DNA from: Methanosarcinaceae archaeon
GTDB taxonomy: Archaea; Halobacteriota; Methanosarcinia; Methanosarcinales; Methanosarcinaceae
Assembly: GCA_028690255.1 (NCBI GenBank)
Contig: JAQVBP010000005.1
Location: 1 to 35,008 of the forward strand
Length of the DNA stretch: 35,008 nt
Direction: 5' to 3'
The notes under the pieces were generated by a model. That model was not told the DNA's origin, did not search any database, and saw only the letters and a list, made by a program, of their open reading frames with translations. The position numbers and the translations under genes are program-made. Below are positions 16,490-25,453 of the stretch, one piece after another (positions within the stretch are counted from its first letter, which is position 1; each line of letters begins with the position of its first letter).

Positions 16490-17923
16490 ATGATTGAAGG
16501 AAGTAAAAAGAATCCTGAAAGTTCATATCGGGCCACAGTCGCCGCAAAAGAGCGTGTGCTTGGAAACGATGAGAACCCCGGGGAAGGCCGGCTTTTTCTG
16601 GGAAACTATCTGGCCCTTGACCGCTCAAAAGGGGCCGCGGTTTTCCTGGACGCTCTCAAACCCCACGCGCTTTTGATCTGCGGGAAGCGGGGGTACGGGA
16701 AATCCTATACCATGGGCTGTATCCTGGAAGAGCTGGCCCTTCTGCCCCCTCATATAAGGAAAAACCTGGCGGCCCTGGTTATTGATACCATGGGGGTCTT
16801 CTGGACAATGAGGTATCCAGGCAGGGCGGAAAAGCAAAAACTTGAGGAATGGAAACTCTTCCCCGCAGGTTTCGAGCTTGAAGTCTTCGTCCCGGCCGGA
16901 AAGGCGGAAGAGTACGAAAAACGGGATATAAAAGTCCGACCCTTTTCGATATCCTTATCCGAACTCAGCGGAAGCCAGTGGTGCGGGCTCTTCAATATAG
17001 AGGAGGTCTCCCCCGTAGGGGTCCTTGTGGTAAGGACAATTGACCTTTTAAGGGAAAAAGAAGAGAGAACTGCCTCCTACTCCTTTGAAGACATCAGCGC
17101 CACACTCCTCAAAGATAAACGCTCCGGCGGTTCGGCAAAAGGAGCCGCTGAAAACTATTTCAGGGCCATGGCCTCCTGGGGCATATTTGCAAAAGAGGGG
17201 GTAAAACTGGAGGAACTGGTCAGAGGGGGAAGGGTCACGGTGCTTGACGTAAGCAGCTTTGCAGGAGAAAAAGTCTGTGCGGCCGTGGTCTCGATCCTTG
17301 CGGGAAAACTTTATGAAAAGCGGATCGAGGCCAGGAGAGCTTATGAGAAAAAGCTGATGGAAGCTTCTTCTTCTGTGCTCCGATCCAGAGAAAGGGAAAA
17401 TGGAGGAGAAAATGGAGAAAATGGAGAAGATGGAGAAGATGGAGAAGATGGAGAAAAATATGAGGAAGAATTCCCGATGCCCTGGCTCTGTATAGACGAG
17501 GCCCACCTTTTCCTGCCCGGGGAAGGAAAGAGCCTGGCCTCCGGGGTTTTGCTTAACAACTGTCTCAGGCAGGGCCGCCAGCCGGGCCTTTCCCTTGTCC
17601 TTGCAACCCAGCGCCCTTCCAGCCTGCACGGAGAGGTAATCTCCCAGAGTGACCTTATAATCTGCCACCGGCTGACCTCGGGAGAGGATATACAGGCCCT
17701 TGAGGCAGCAAGACCCCTTTACATGCAGGAGAGCATACGGACCTACATAAAAAAGATGGGAAGCGAAAAAGGAGTCGCCTTAATCGTGGACGATCATTCC
17801 GAATCGGTCCACCTGGTCCGCGTGCGCCCCCGGAAGAGCTGGCACGGGGGCGGGGAGCCCAGTGCCCTGACTCCGGAAAGGGAAGAAAATGGTAGACCGG
17901 AAGGGGGGCCGAAGAGAGTATGA
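16490..17923 (+). CDS. HerA/DUF87-like P-loop ATPase
   Basis: 477 aa. Walker A CGKRGYGKS, Walker B WLCIDEAHLF. Low-complexity GENGENGEDGEDGED insert. No NurA-like neighbour. Confidence 0.7.
   Translation: MIEGSKKNPESSYRATVAAKERVLGNDENPGEGRLFLGNYLALDRSKGAAVFLDALKPHALLICGKRGYGKSYTMGCILEELALLPPHIRKNLAALVIDTMGVFWTMRYPGRAEKQKLEEWKLFPAGFELEVFVPAGKAEEYEKRDIKVRPFSISLSELSGSQWCGLFNIEEVSPVGVLVVRTIDLLREKEERTASYSFEDISATLLKDKRSGGSAKGAAENYFRAMASWGIFAKEGVKLEELVRGGRVTVLDVSSFAGEKVCAAVVSILAGKLYEKRIEARRAYEKKLMEASSSVLRSRERENGGENGENGEDGEDGEDGEKYEEEFPMPWLCIDEAHLFLPGEGKSLASGVLLNNCLRQGRQPGLSLVLATQRPSSLHGEVISQSDLIICHRLTSGEDIQALEAARPLYMQESIRTYIKKMGSEKGVALIVDDHSESVHLVRVRPRKSWHGGGEPSALTPEREENGRPEGGPKRV
17394..17458. repeat. 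9-bp tandem repeat ggagaa(a/g)at, about 6 copies, in frame within a CDS
   Basis: Read directly. Encodes the GEN/GED repeats. Confidence 0.9.
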
Positions 17924-18128
17924 ACCCCTATTTTTAACCGGATTCAGGGAAAACGGGGGAGGTATTGTAAACCTTTTTTATAGGCAGCCAGAAAATAATT
18001 TAAGTATTAGTTATATCTACCATCAATCCAGGCTGTAATTAAGAGCCTGAGACCTGCGGCTTCGAGCCGCAATAAAAAACAGTCCATATTTCACATTTTC
18101 AATTGCATTAGACCACACTGGTGATCAT

Positions 18129-18620
18129 ATGAAAGGAAGAGCCTGGAAATTCGGAGACGACGTGGACACGGATGCAATCATTCCGGGTCGGTACCTCATC
18201 TTTAACACCCCGAAGGAACTCGCAAAATACACCTTCGAGGGCGTCCGCCCTGATTTTGCGAAAAATGTCCGGGAAAACGATATCGTTGTAGGAGGCAATA
18301 ATTTCGGCTGCGGGTCCTCAAGGGAACACGCCCCTCTGGCCCTTAGAGGGTCAAAGGTGAGCTGTGTTATCGCAAAGTCCTTTGCCCGGATCTTTTTCAG
18401 AAACTCCATCAACATCGGGATTCCGGTCCTGGAATGCCCGGACACGGACAGAATTGAAGACGGGGACGAGCTCGAGGTTGACCTCGCCACCGGAGTCATC
18501 GAAAACAAGACGAAAGCTGAGACCTACCAGGCAACCCCTCTGCCGGAATTCGTCCGCGATCTCGTGGACAAGGGCGGGCTTGTCGAGTACGCCAGAGACC
18601 TGGTCTCCAAAACGAATTAA
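18129..18620 (+). CDS. leuD: 3-isopropylmalate dehydratase small subunit (aconitase-family swivel domain)
   Basis: 163 aa. GxNFGCGSSREHAP motif. The hydrophobic substrate loop GRYLIF and adjacency to leuB favour LeuD over the homoaconitase small subunit. Confidence 0.85.
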   Translation: MKGRAWKFGDDVDTDAIIPGRYLIFNTPKELAKYTFEGVRPDFAKNVRENDIVVGGNNFGCGSSREHAPLALRGSKVSCVIAKSFARIFFRNSINIGIPVLECPDTDRIEDGDELEVDLATGVIENKTKAETYQATPLPEFVRDLVDKGGLVEYARDLVSKTN

Positions 18621-18624
18621 GGAT

Positions 18625-18722
18625 AATTCCATCAATCAAATTCCATTAATCTAATTCCATTAATCTAATTCCATTAATCTAATTCCATTAATCTAATTCC
18701 ATTAATCTAATTCCATTAATCT
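18625..18722. repeat. 14-bp tandem repeat aattccattaatct, 6 perfect copies plus 1 degenerate, intergenic between leuD and leuB
   Basis: Read directly. Begins 5 nt after the leuD stop. Confidence 0.95.
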
Positions 18723-18821
18723 AAAATCTCGGCCGGATGGTGCTGGTCAGGAAATGACTGCCGGAAAACGGCCGGAAACCCAGAAAAATTCAAAAAAAAT
18801 TCAAAATAAGGAGTAGTCAAC

Positions 18822-19949
18822 ATGACGCAGTATAAGGTTCCGGTTCTTCCCGGAGACGGAATAGGGCCGGAAATTATCGCCGAAGGCCGGAAAGTCGTAG
18901 ACGCCGCGGGCGAACGATTCGGATTTGACGTGGAATGGATCGAGTACCCCCATGGGGCAGACCACTACCTGGAAACGGGAGAGCTGATTTCCGAGGACAG
19001 CTTAAAGGAGTTGTCCGCATACCAGGCCATTTACCTGGGCTCCATCGGAGACCCGAGGATTGCTCCGGGCATTCTTGAGAAAGGGATCTTATTAACTGCA
19101 CGCTTCTACTTCGACCAGTACATTAACCTGCGGCCCGTAAAGCTTCTGGAAGGCGTCTGGACCCCTCTCAAGGACAAGACCTCAAAAGACATCGACTTCA
19201 CCGTTGTCCGGGAAAACACCGAGGACTTCTACATAGGAATCGGAGGCCGGGCAAAGACTGGTATAAGCAAGGACTTCCTCGAGGTTAAGCGGACCCTCTA
19301 CTCCGCCAAATTCGGGCTGGACATCGAGACCGACAGCGAGGAAATCGCCTACCAGATAGGCCTGATCTCCAAGGAAGGCACGAAACGGGTCATGGAATAC
19401 GCCTTTGACCTCGCCGAGAAGAGCAAAAAACACGTCTCATCCGTGGACAAGGCCAATGTCCTTTCCGACATCTACGGTTTCTGGAGAGAAGAGTTCGAAG
19501 CCGTTGCCGCAAAACACCCGGACGTTACAACGGACTTCAACTTCGTGGACGCCATCACCATGTGGTTTGTTAAAAACCCCGAATGGTTCGATATTGTCGT
19601 TACCCCGAACATGTTCGGAGACATCATTACCGACCTCGGAGCCATGATCCAGGGAGGCCTCGGGCTTGCCCCCGGCGGAAACATCAACCCGACCGGCACA
19701 AGCATGTTCGAGCCCATCCACGGCTCGGCCCCTAAGTACAAGGGCCTGAACAAGGTCAACCCGATTGCCACCATCTGGGCCGGGGCCCTTTTGATCGAAC
19801 AGCTCGGAGAAAAAGAGGCTGCTGATGAAATAGTGGCTGCAATCCAGCAAAACATCCTGGACGCCAAAATCAGGACCTACGACATGGGCGGCAGCAGCAG
19901 CACCTCCGATGTCGGGGATGAGATTGCAAGACTCGTACTGGAAGGGTAA
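18822..19949 (+). CDS. leuB: 3-isopropylmalate dehydrogenase
   Basis: 375 aa. [12 protein letters not shown]-terminus, [12 protein letters not shown] and GSAP motifs. GGAG Shine-Dalgarno-like sequence 8 nt upstream. Confidence 0.92.
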   Translation: MTQYKVPVLPGDGIGPEIIAEGRKVVDAAGERFGFDVEWIEYPHGADHYLETGELISEDSLKELSAYQAIYLGSIGDPRIAPGILEKGILLTARFYFDQYINLRPVKLLEGVWTPLKDKTSKDIDFTVVRENTEDFYIGIGGRAKTGISKDFLEVKRTLYSAKFGLDIETDSEEIAYQIGLISKEGTKRVMEYAFDLAEKSKKHVSSVDKANVLSDIYGFWREEFEAVAAKHPDVTTDFNFVDAITMWFVKNPEWFDIVVTPNMFGDIITDLGAMIQGGLGLAPGGNINPTGTSMFEPIHGSAPKYKGLNKVNPIATIWAGALLIEQLGEKEAADEIVAAIQQNILDAKIRTYDMGGSSSTSDVGDEIARLVLEG

Positions 19950-19982
19950 TTTACCTTTCCGATTTTTCTTTTTTATTGTTGT

Positions 19983-21113
19983 TCAGGAAAACCATAATTT
20001 ATTCGCATTTTCCCAGACAAGCTTTCTTGCCACGTCCGCGGGGAGCATTGAGACAAGGGTATTGTATCGGGCCATTGTCTTGCCGAGAGTGACTCTTTTT
20101 TTGCCATTGTTAAGATAGTTAAAATGCCCGCAGAGATCACTTCCTATCATAAACCGGTCCGGATATTTTGTGATCAGCTCCACCCAGACCTCTTTGGGAA
20201 TTTTGGAATTTTCTTTGCAAACAATATCATCATAAACGATCCAGGACAGGTCCACTTGCAGGTTCCGGTGGTTCTCCAGCATCCCGTCCACCATTTCCCA
20301 GTATTTTTTATGGATTACCCGCCTGGAAGCTCCGCAATGAGCCCAGACAAGTTTGAGTTTCCTGTAATGGTCCAGTACAGCTTCGATTTCATGCAAATAC
20401 TCAAAATCCTCATGGTTTCCGACGGACGTGCTGTTCTGGTGGATGTTTACAGGCAGCCTTTTTCTGGCACAAAACTTGAAAACTTCCTCCAGACCCGGGT
20501 GGTTGGACCTTGCGGTTTCTTCAAGCGTGAGGTTGGTCAGGTCATCGTGCCTGAGCAAAAGTTCTCCCACCCCTTTCCAGATATCGGATTTCTTGAACAT
20601 CGCCTTAACATAATCGATAGCGAATTTGTCCGTGGGATTGAACCCGCAGAGTGTGGGTGCGATTCGCTTTTTTTCGGCAGGGGAAAGCTTCTCGTAATCC
20701 TCGGCCACTACCCGGTCAGTCAGGGCGTAGTAGTAACACTTTGAATTGTCATCCAGGTAGTAGTGCGGCATGTTGGGTTCGAAATATTCCCATTTTTTCT
20801 TTACCGGCAGGCCGAACAGAACGGTTTTTGCAATATTTCCCCGGTCCATTTCACGGATCAGGGCCTTCATACCGTCCGTTTGCTGAAGAAAATCCACATA
20901 ATGAAGGTGCATATCAATGACGCCTTCGGGAACCAGAGCCTCCTTTTCAGGAGCAACTGCATCCCTATCTGCTTTTAAAATATTCGAAGGGCCTTTCTTA
21001 AACAGCCCTTCGGGAAGCTTAACTTCTGTTTCGGATTCGTCCAGGATTCTCTGTTCAAAAGCTTGACTGAAACTCATATTTTGTATCCCTTTCCTGTTCT
21101 GAAAAAATCCCAC
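19983..21113 (-). CDS. Metal-dependent amidohydrolase-fold (TIM barrel) protein
   Basis: 376 aa. HxH metal motif IDMHLHY near the N-terminus of the barrel, later H/D ligands (NIHQ, WAHCG, GSDL). Confidence 0.65.
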   Translation of the reverse strand: MGFFQNRKGIQNMSFSQAFEQRILDESETEVKLPEGLFKKGPSNILKADRDAVAPEKEALVPEGVIDMHLHYVDFLQQTDGMKALIREMDRGNIAKTVLFGLPVKKKWEYFEPNMPHYYLDDNSKCYYYALTDRVVAEDYEKLSPAEKKRIAPTLCGFNPTDKFAIDYVKAMFKKSDIWKGVGELLLRHDDLTNLTLEETARSNHPGLEEVFKFCARKRLPVNIHQNSTSVGNHEDFEYLHEIEAVLDHYRKLKLVWAHCGASRRVIHKKYWEMVDGMLENHRNLQVDLSWIVYDDIVCKENSKIPKEVWVELITKYPDRFMIGSDLCGHFNYLNNGKKRVTLGKTMARYNTLVSMLPADVARKLVWENANKLWFS

Positions 21114-21262
21114 TCCCGTTCTGAATTATCCAATCCCTATTCTGAATTATCCAATCCCTATTCTGAATTATCCAATCCCTGTTCTGAAATAATCCAATCC
21201 CTATTCTGAATTATCCAATCCCTGTTCTGAAATAATCCAATCCCTGTTCTGAAATTATCTTA
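21097..21262. repeat. 21/22-bp tandem repeat ttctgaa(t/a)ta(a)tccaatccct(a/g), about 7.5 copies
   Basis: Read directly. The first degenerate copy overlaps the amidohydrolase start codon (21113). The rest fills the spacer up to the upstream gene stop. Confidence 0.95.
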
Positions 21263-21285
21263 CTTTACATTAGAATAAGGCCTTC

Positions 21286-22725
21286 TTATTGTATTTCTTT
21301 TGCCTTGAAGAGAGTCCAGGGCTGAGAAGGTCTGTCTTTCAGGTACCCGTCAAGGTGCTTCCACTGGATATGTTCTTTCAGGAACTCTGAGGCCTCAAAA
21401 GGAATGCCGGAAGAATTGCCCCAGCGCCCCCAGAAAGCAAACTCCTTTGCAAGCCTGCTGTCCATCACTTTGCCGTCCACGGCTCCCCTGGGCTGGAAGG
21501 GAAGAGGTCTCCCCGGCTGGCTCATAGATTCCCTGGCATCCAGTTCATAGTGCCCGTCAACCGTGCGGGAACAGGGATTATTGCGCTTTTTCAGGTAGAC
21601 ATCGTAGTGGTCCGCAATAATTTTCTTAGCGCTTTCCACGTTTATTCTGCCCCTGTACTCTTCCATCAACTCCTCCAGTCGGACCTGCCTGGCCCCCTGG
21701 TGTCTCCTTATGTCGGCATATCCCGTGTTCGAACATTCCAGGTTCCGGATGCGAGGGTCCAGAGGAGCATTAAATCCTATGAAATACCCCTCCTTTTTCC
21801 TGGAAACATTGTTGTATTCAAGTCCGAGTTCAAAGCGCAGGATTTCCCCCGAATTTATATCCCCCAGGTACCAGGTATTCGCATACCCCCCGTTATTCCC
21901 CTGCTTCATGAATTCCACAAACCTGTCAGGGCTCTCCGAGTACTGCATTGCCTTTCTTACCCGGAAAAACTCCGGAAGCTGGTCAGGGTCGTAACAGTTA
22001 AACCCTCCGATGGTCGTTTCGGTGCCCATCAACCCTGCCCCGGTTACAAAAAAGTCGGTCATGCTATGGATATAGCCGGGATAGGCTTGCATGAAAATGC
22101 GCTGGCCCCGGGCAGGCTTGATGTCAAGAACCAGGTTGCAGAATTGTCCGGTTTCAAAATTGCTCCAGGTGTTGTGGGCCATGACGATTTCGGGCCCGTC
22201 CTTTTCTTCGGCCCTTTCCCCCCCTCTTCCTTCAGACCTTTCTCCGGCCGTCGCCCCGCCCGTATAAGGGGCCGTGGCAATGAAAGCACTGCAGTGGTCC
22301 TTTCTGTTCCGTATGGACTCCGAAAATTTACCCTCTTTCCGGAGCGGCCACCAGTAACCCGTAAGTTCTTCATATCCGTTCCAGGCCAGCACTTCCTCCC
22401 AGGTGATTTTCACTCCGGCTTCCCTTGCCCCGGCCGCAATTCCCTGCATTTCGGCAAGAAATTCCTCGTCGATTCCAGAACCCGAAGGAGAAAGCCATAA
22501 ATCCCTGGCGGCCTCAACAAAAAACTCCCATTTTTTCCCGGTGTCCCAGTAGGTAAGGTACTCAATACTCCTCATAATTTCTTTAATTTCCGGGGCCATA
22601 AGGTAGCCGTGCTGAAACCCTCTCTCATAAGGACCTCCTTCGATATGAAGGCAGACCCAACCATTTATTTCATCCCTGAAACCTTCTTTATAGGCTGTGA
22701 TAGGACAGATTGTAAGCCCTCCCAA
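21286..22725 (-). CDS. Ntn-hydrolase-like protein, tentatively peptidase C45 / acyltransferase family
   Basis: 479 aa. Candidate nucleophile context KDHCSAFIA. Gly/Glu/Arg low-complexity insert. TTG start lies exactly at the GC/AT composition break, with no ATG until codon 43. Confidence 0.5.
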   Translation of the reverse strand: MGGLTICPITAYKEGFRDEINGWVCLHIEGGPYERGFQHGYLMAPEIKEIMRSIEYLTYWDTGKKWEFFVEAARDLWLSPSGSGIDEEFLAEMQGIAAGAREAGVKITWEEVLAWNGYEELTGYWWPLRKEGKFSESIRNRKDHCSAFIATAPYTGGATAGERSEGRGGERAEEKDGPEIVMAHNTWSNFETGQFCNLVLDIKPARGQRIFMQAYPGYIHSMTDFFVTGAGLMGTETTIGGFNCYDPDQLPEFFRVRKAMQYSESPDRFVEFMKQGNNGGYANTWYLGDINSGEILRFELGLEYNNVSRKKEGYFIGFNAPLDPRIRNLECSNTGYADIRRHQGARQVRLEELMEEYRGRINVESAKKIIADHYDVYLKKRNNPCSRTVDGHYELDARESMSQPGRPLPFQPRGAVDGKVMDSRLAKEFAFWGRWGNSSGIPFEASEFLKEHIQWKHLDGYLKDRPSQPWTLFKAKEIQ

Positions 22726-22926
22726 TTATTCAAAATTTAGATATGTAACAGGGAATCTTAATATACAATACTACATAATTGTTTTCAAAAGTTATGTACA
22801 GAAATATATAATTTGGAACTTATATTGATTGAATGGTATCAATAAAATTATGTGAATAACAAAAACAAAAAATAAAAACCGATACAGTACATTAACGTTA
22901 AATAATTAGAGAGAAAGAGGATATTT

Positions 22927-23721
22927 ATGGGATATGGAAATCAACAATATATTTATCCAGATTTAAAAGATCGAATCACATCTGTATTAATTAGCAGCAA
23001 AGAACCTTACGAAGGATACTGGGAGGAAAGTGAAAACTTCATACTAGATTTAATAAAAAAGCACATCAGCAAAGATATAATAAATAAAGAAAAATCTCTA
23101 TTAGACGCTGGTTGTGGGGAAGGAAGATTAACAATTTACTTTAGTGACTATTTTGAACGAATACTTGCAATAGACCCTGATAGGTCTCGACTAGATATTG
23201 CTATAAAAGAAACAAAACGACTTAAAATATCTAATAAAATTGACTTTGACAGTGTTCCTATAGAAGAGATCAATGAAGACGAAAAATTTGACGTAATACT
23301 TTGCAGTCATGTATTCCAACATGTTCAGACATCTCTTATCCCAAAGATTATAGAGAAATTAAGCATATTGATGAAAAAACCAGGATTATTATTTGTAACT
23401 ACATGTCATTCCACAAAAGGAGATGACTACTTCGTAAAAAATTATTTAGATGATTTTAATTTTGTAGAAGAAACTATTGATCAAGATTCTTTTAATTCTC
23501 TTGTTTTTGGAGTTAATCAATTACCTACGCACCTCTTTTCCCGTGGAAGCATTGAAGAGCTTCTTAAAAAGTCAGGGTTTAAAATTATTGATTATAAAGT
23601 TTTTCATATAATTGAAGAAGATTTTGGAACAAAACAAAATAGAGATATAACAGTTAATCAATCCCCCTCATTACAAAATAAATATGGGAGAGATGTATTT
23701 ATTGCCGCAAAAAAAGAGTGA
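22927..23721 (+). CDS. Class I SAM-dependent methyltransferase (not of DNA-MTase type)
   Basis: 264 aa. Motif I LLDAGCGEGRLT, post-I ILAIDPD, motif III/IV region DVILCSHVFQHV. No (D/N)PP(Y/F/W) or PCQ motif. Confidence 0.8.
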   Translation: MGYGNQQYIYPDLKDRITSVLISSKEPYEGYWEESENFILDLIKKHISKDIINKEKSLLDAGCGEGRLTIYFSDYFERILAIDPDRSRLDIAIKETKRLKISNKIDFDSVPIEEINEDEKFDVILCSHVFQHVQTSLIPKIIEKLSILMKKPGLLFVTTCHSTKGDDYFVKNYLDDFNFVEETIDQDSFNSLVFGVNQLPTHLFSRGSIEELLKKSGFKIIDYKVFHIIEEDFGTKQNRDITVNQSPSLQNKYGRDVFIAAKKE

Positions 23722-25345
23722 TGATAACAAGTCAAAATCAATCGAAATAAAAGAGATTCTTGGAGATGAAATAGAAGAAAATATTTATTTTTCAGATGTA
23801 TATATAGGATTTTTGTACACATTCAATATAGAAATTAAAAACATTTTATCAAAAAAAGAAATACAGTGTTTGCTGAAGGATAAAGGAATAAATGCTGAAT
23901 GGAATGAGAATGAAGAATATACAAAAGTTTTTGAAAGTGCAGAAGTTTTTTTTAAAGCCCCAGTGAGTGTTTTTACAAAACCACTTCGATTTAAAATCGG
24001 TTATTTATATTTTAAATGTCCACATATAAAGTACAAAGAAAATATAGAATGTATGTTTGATAAGCCTACAAAAATCGAATTATTTTTAACAATATACCCA
24101 AAACTTAAAAAAGCGATTTTACTTTTCAATATAAAACTAGAAAGTTGTGACTCGAATGACATTATTTTTCTCCGACATTGTTTCATGGGAGATAGACAAG
24201 AATTAATCCTTGACATTGAGCGATCTAATCCAAAAATATGCAAAACCTGTAACAAATTTAAAATCGATTGTGGCATAAGCAAACACTATTATAAGGAATT
24301 TAAAATTGACTGTGATATATATAATTACAGTGAAGAATTCAAAATTTATTTAGATATATGCGAACATTATAAAAAATATAAAAGATATTGTGAGAGATAT
24401 AAAACCTGTAAAAAAGTTAAAATTGATTGTTATATAAATTTTATTAAATCAGCATTTAGTGAAGTGAACGAAGAAAAATCAGATCAATCCGAAAAAAAAA
24501 TAGATAAAACTGATACGGAAAAATCGGAAGAAGAAAACACCTCATGCCCCATTGTTGTAAAAACAAACATAATAGAAATTCGGAACATATCCAACTTAAA
24601 TTATTTAAACGTAGATAATTGTGAAGATGATTTATTAAGCAGATATCCCAGACAGATATACAGTCTTTTGGTGGGAGACGAAGGATGGAAGTTTGTTCCA
24701 CGGAAACTGGCAATATCCAGAATAAAAAAAAGATGGGGGACCAGAGGATTTTTTACTGTATTCACATTCAATAACTCAGTTCTAGTTTTCAATTTTACAA
24801 AAACGAACCATTATAAAATATATGGATATACTCAAAAAGAATTAAGCAAAAGATTCAGACAAAAAACCGACGAATATTTTACCTTATGTTATGAAATTGC
24901 AGGCCTTGAACATGGTCCACTAACGAACCTTGAAATTGCATCGGTTATTCGATGTTCTCTTGATACTCTTTTTGAAAAACTTGATGATAAAAAATCAGAG
25001 TTGAATTATGAAAATGAAGATAATATAGTAAAAAAATTTCGTTCATGCATTTTCAATCATAAAAAAATCGAAAACATTAACCGCATGAAAAACGCAGTAA
25101 ACACAACTCTACTTGACCTAAATAAAATGAACAAAATATGGGAATTGGGGGAGCTACTTAACATGTTTAGTGAAAGTCTGTCAATATCGAAAGACATACT
25201 CAAGCTTGAGAAGAAATCGAATTTCATAGAAACCAAAATAATGACAGAGTATCAGAAAAATAACAATCTGATTTTAAGTGTATTAACATTACTTACAGTT
25301 ATCCTAACCTTTTTAGGGATTATTTGTGCAGTATATGAAATATAG
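23684..25345 (+). CDS. Hypothetical 553-aa protein. It has a Cys-containing FKIDC repeats, a coiled-coil-like C-terminal region and a terminal TM helix. Possible CorA-superfamily-like membrane effector.
   Basis: Long AT-rich ORF overlapping the methyltransferase gene by 29-38 nt. C-terminus NLILSVLTLLTVILTFLGIICAVYEI. Ends in TAG. Confidence 0.7.
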   Translation: MGEMYLLPQKKSDDNKSKSIEIKEILGDEIEENIYFSDVYIGFLYTFNIEIKNILSKKEIQCLLKDKGINAEWNENEEYTKVFESAEVFFKAPVSVFTKPLRFKIGYLYFKCPHIKYKENIECMFDKPTKIELFLTIYPKLKKAILLFNIKLESCDSNDIIFLRHCFMGDRQELILDIERSNPKICKTCNKFKIDCGISKHYYKEFKIDCDIYNYSEEFKIYLDICEHYKKYKRYCERYKTCKKVKIDCYINFIKSAFSEVNEEKSDQSEKKIDKTDTEKSEEENTSCPIVVKTNIIEIRNISNLNYLNVDNCEDDLLSRYPRQIYSLLVGDEGWKFVPRKLAISRIKKRWGTRGFFTVFTFNNSVLVFNFTKTNHYKIYGYTQKELSKRFRQKTDEYFTLCYEIAGLEHGPLTNLEIASVIRCSLDTLFEKLDDKKSELNYENEDNIVKKFRSCIFNHKKIENINRMKNAVNTTLLDLNKMNKIWELGELLNMFSESLSISKDILKLEKKSNFIETKIMTEYQKNNNLILSVLTLLTVILTFLGIICAVYEI

Positions 25346-25425
25346 TCACGCTTGCATTCGATGCGACAAAAATTACATGATGGTTTATATTTTGTTGTCG
25401 CATTACTCATGCTCGTGACTATATT
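25340..25425. repeat. Long imperfect inverted repeat / stem-loop beginning at the TAG codon
   Basis: Outer arms atatagtcacg / cgtgactatat. Inner arms atgcgacaaaa / ttttgt(t)gtcgcat. The unpaired middle forms an internal loop. Confidence 0.7.
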
Positions 25426-25453
25426 ATTACCAAATATAGCAATAATTCACTGA
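25343..25453 (+). other. In-frame UAG plus a 35-codon extension encoding a second hydrophobic helix (readthrough/Pyl candidate, or a recent nonsense mutation)
   Basis: Hand translation after TAG: SRLHSMRQKLHDGLYFVVALLMLVTILLPNIAIIH, then TGA at 25451-25453. Confidence 0.4.

Noticed and set aside
18055-18071. Small hairpin tgcggc-ttcga-gccgca followed by aataaaaaa, upstream of leuD
   Set aside because: The stem is only 6 bp and A-rich rather than T-rich downstream on the plus strand. This is too weak to call a terminator or regulatory element.
18625-21262. Whether the tandem arrays (18625-18722, 21097-21262, and also 481-622) could be CRISPR arrays
   Set aside because: The units are directly adjacent with no unique spacers, they are shorter than CRISPR repeats, and no cas genes are present.
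22927-23721. The island methyltransferase as the modification half of a restriction-modification system
   Set aside because: There is no (D/N)PP(Y/F/W) or PCQ/ENV DNA-methyltransferase catalytic motif, and no nuclease-like partner. The fold signature is that of generic small-molecule, RNA or protein class I methyltransferases.
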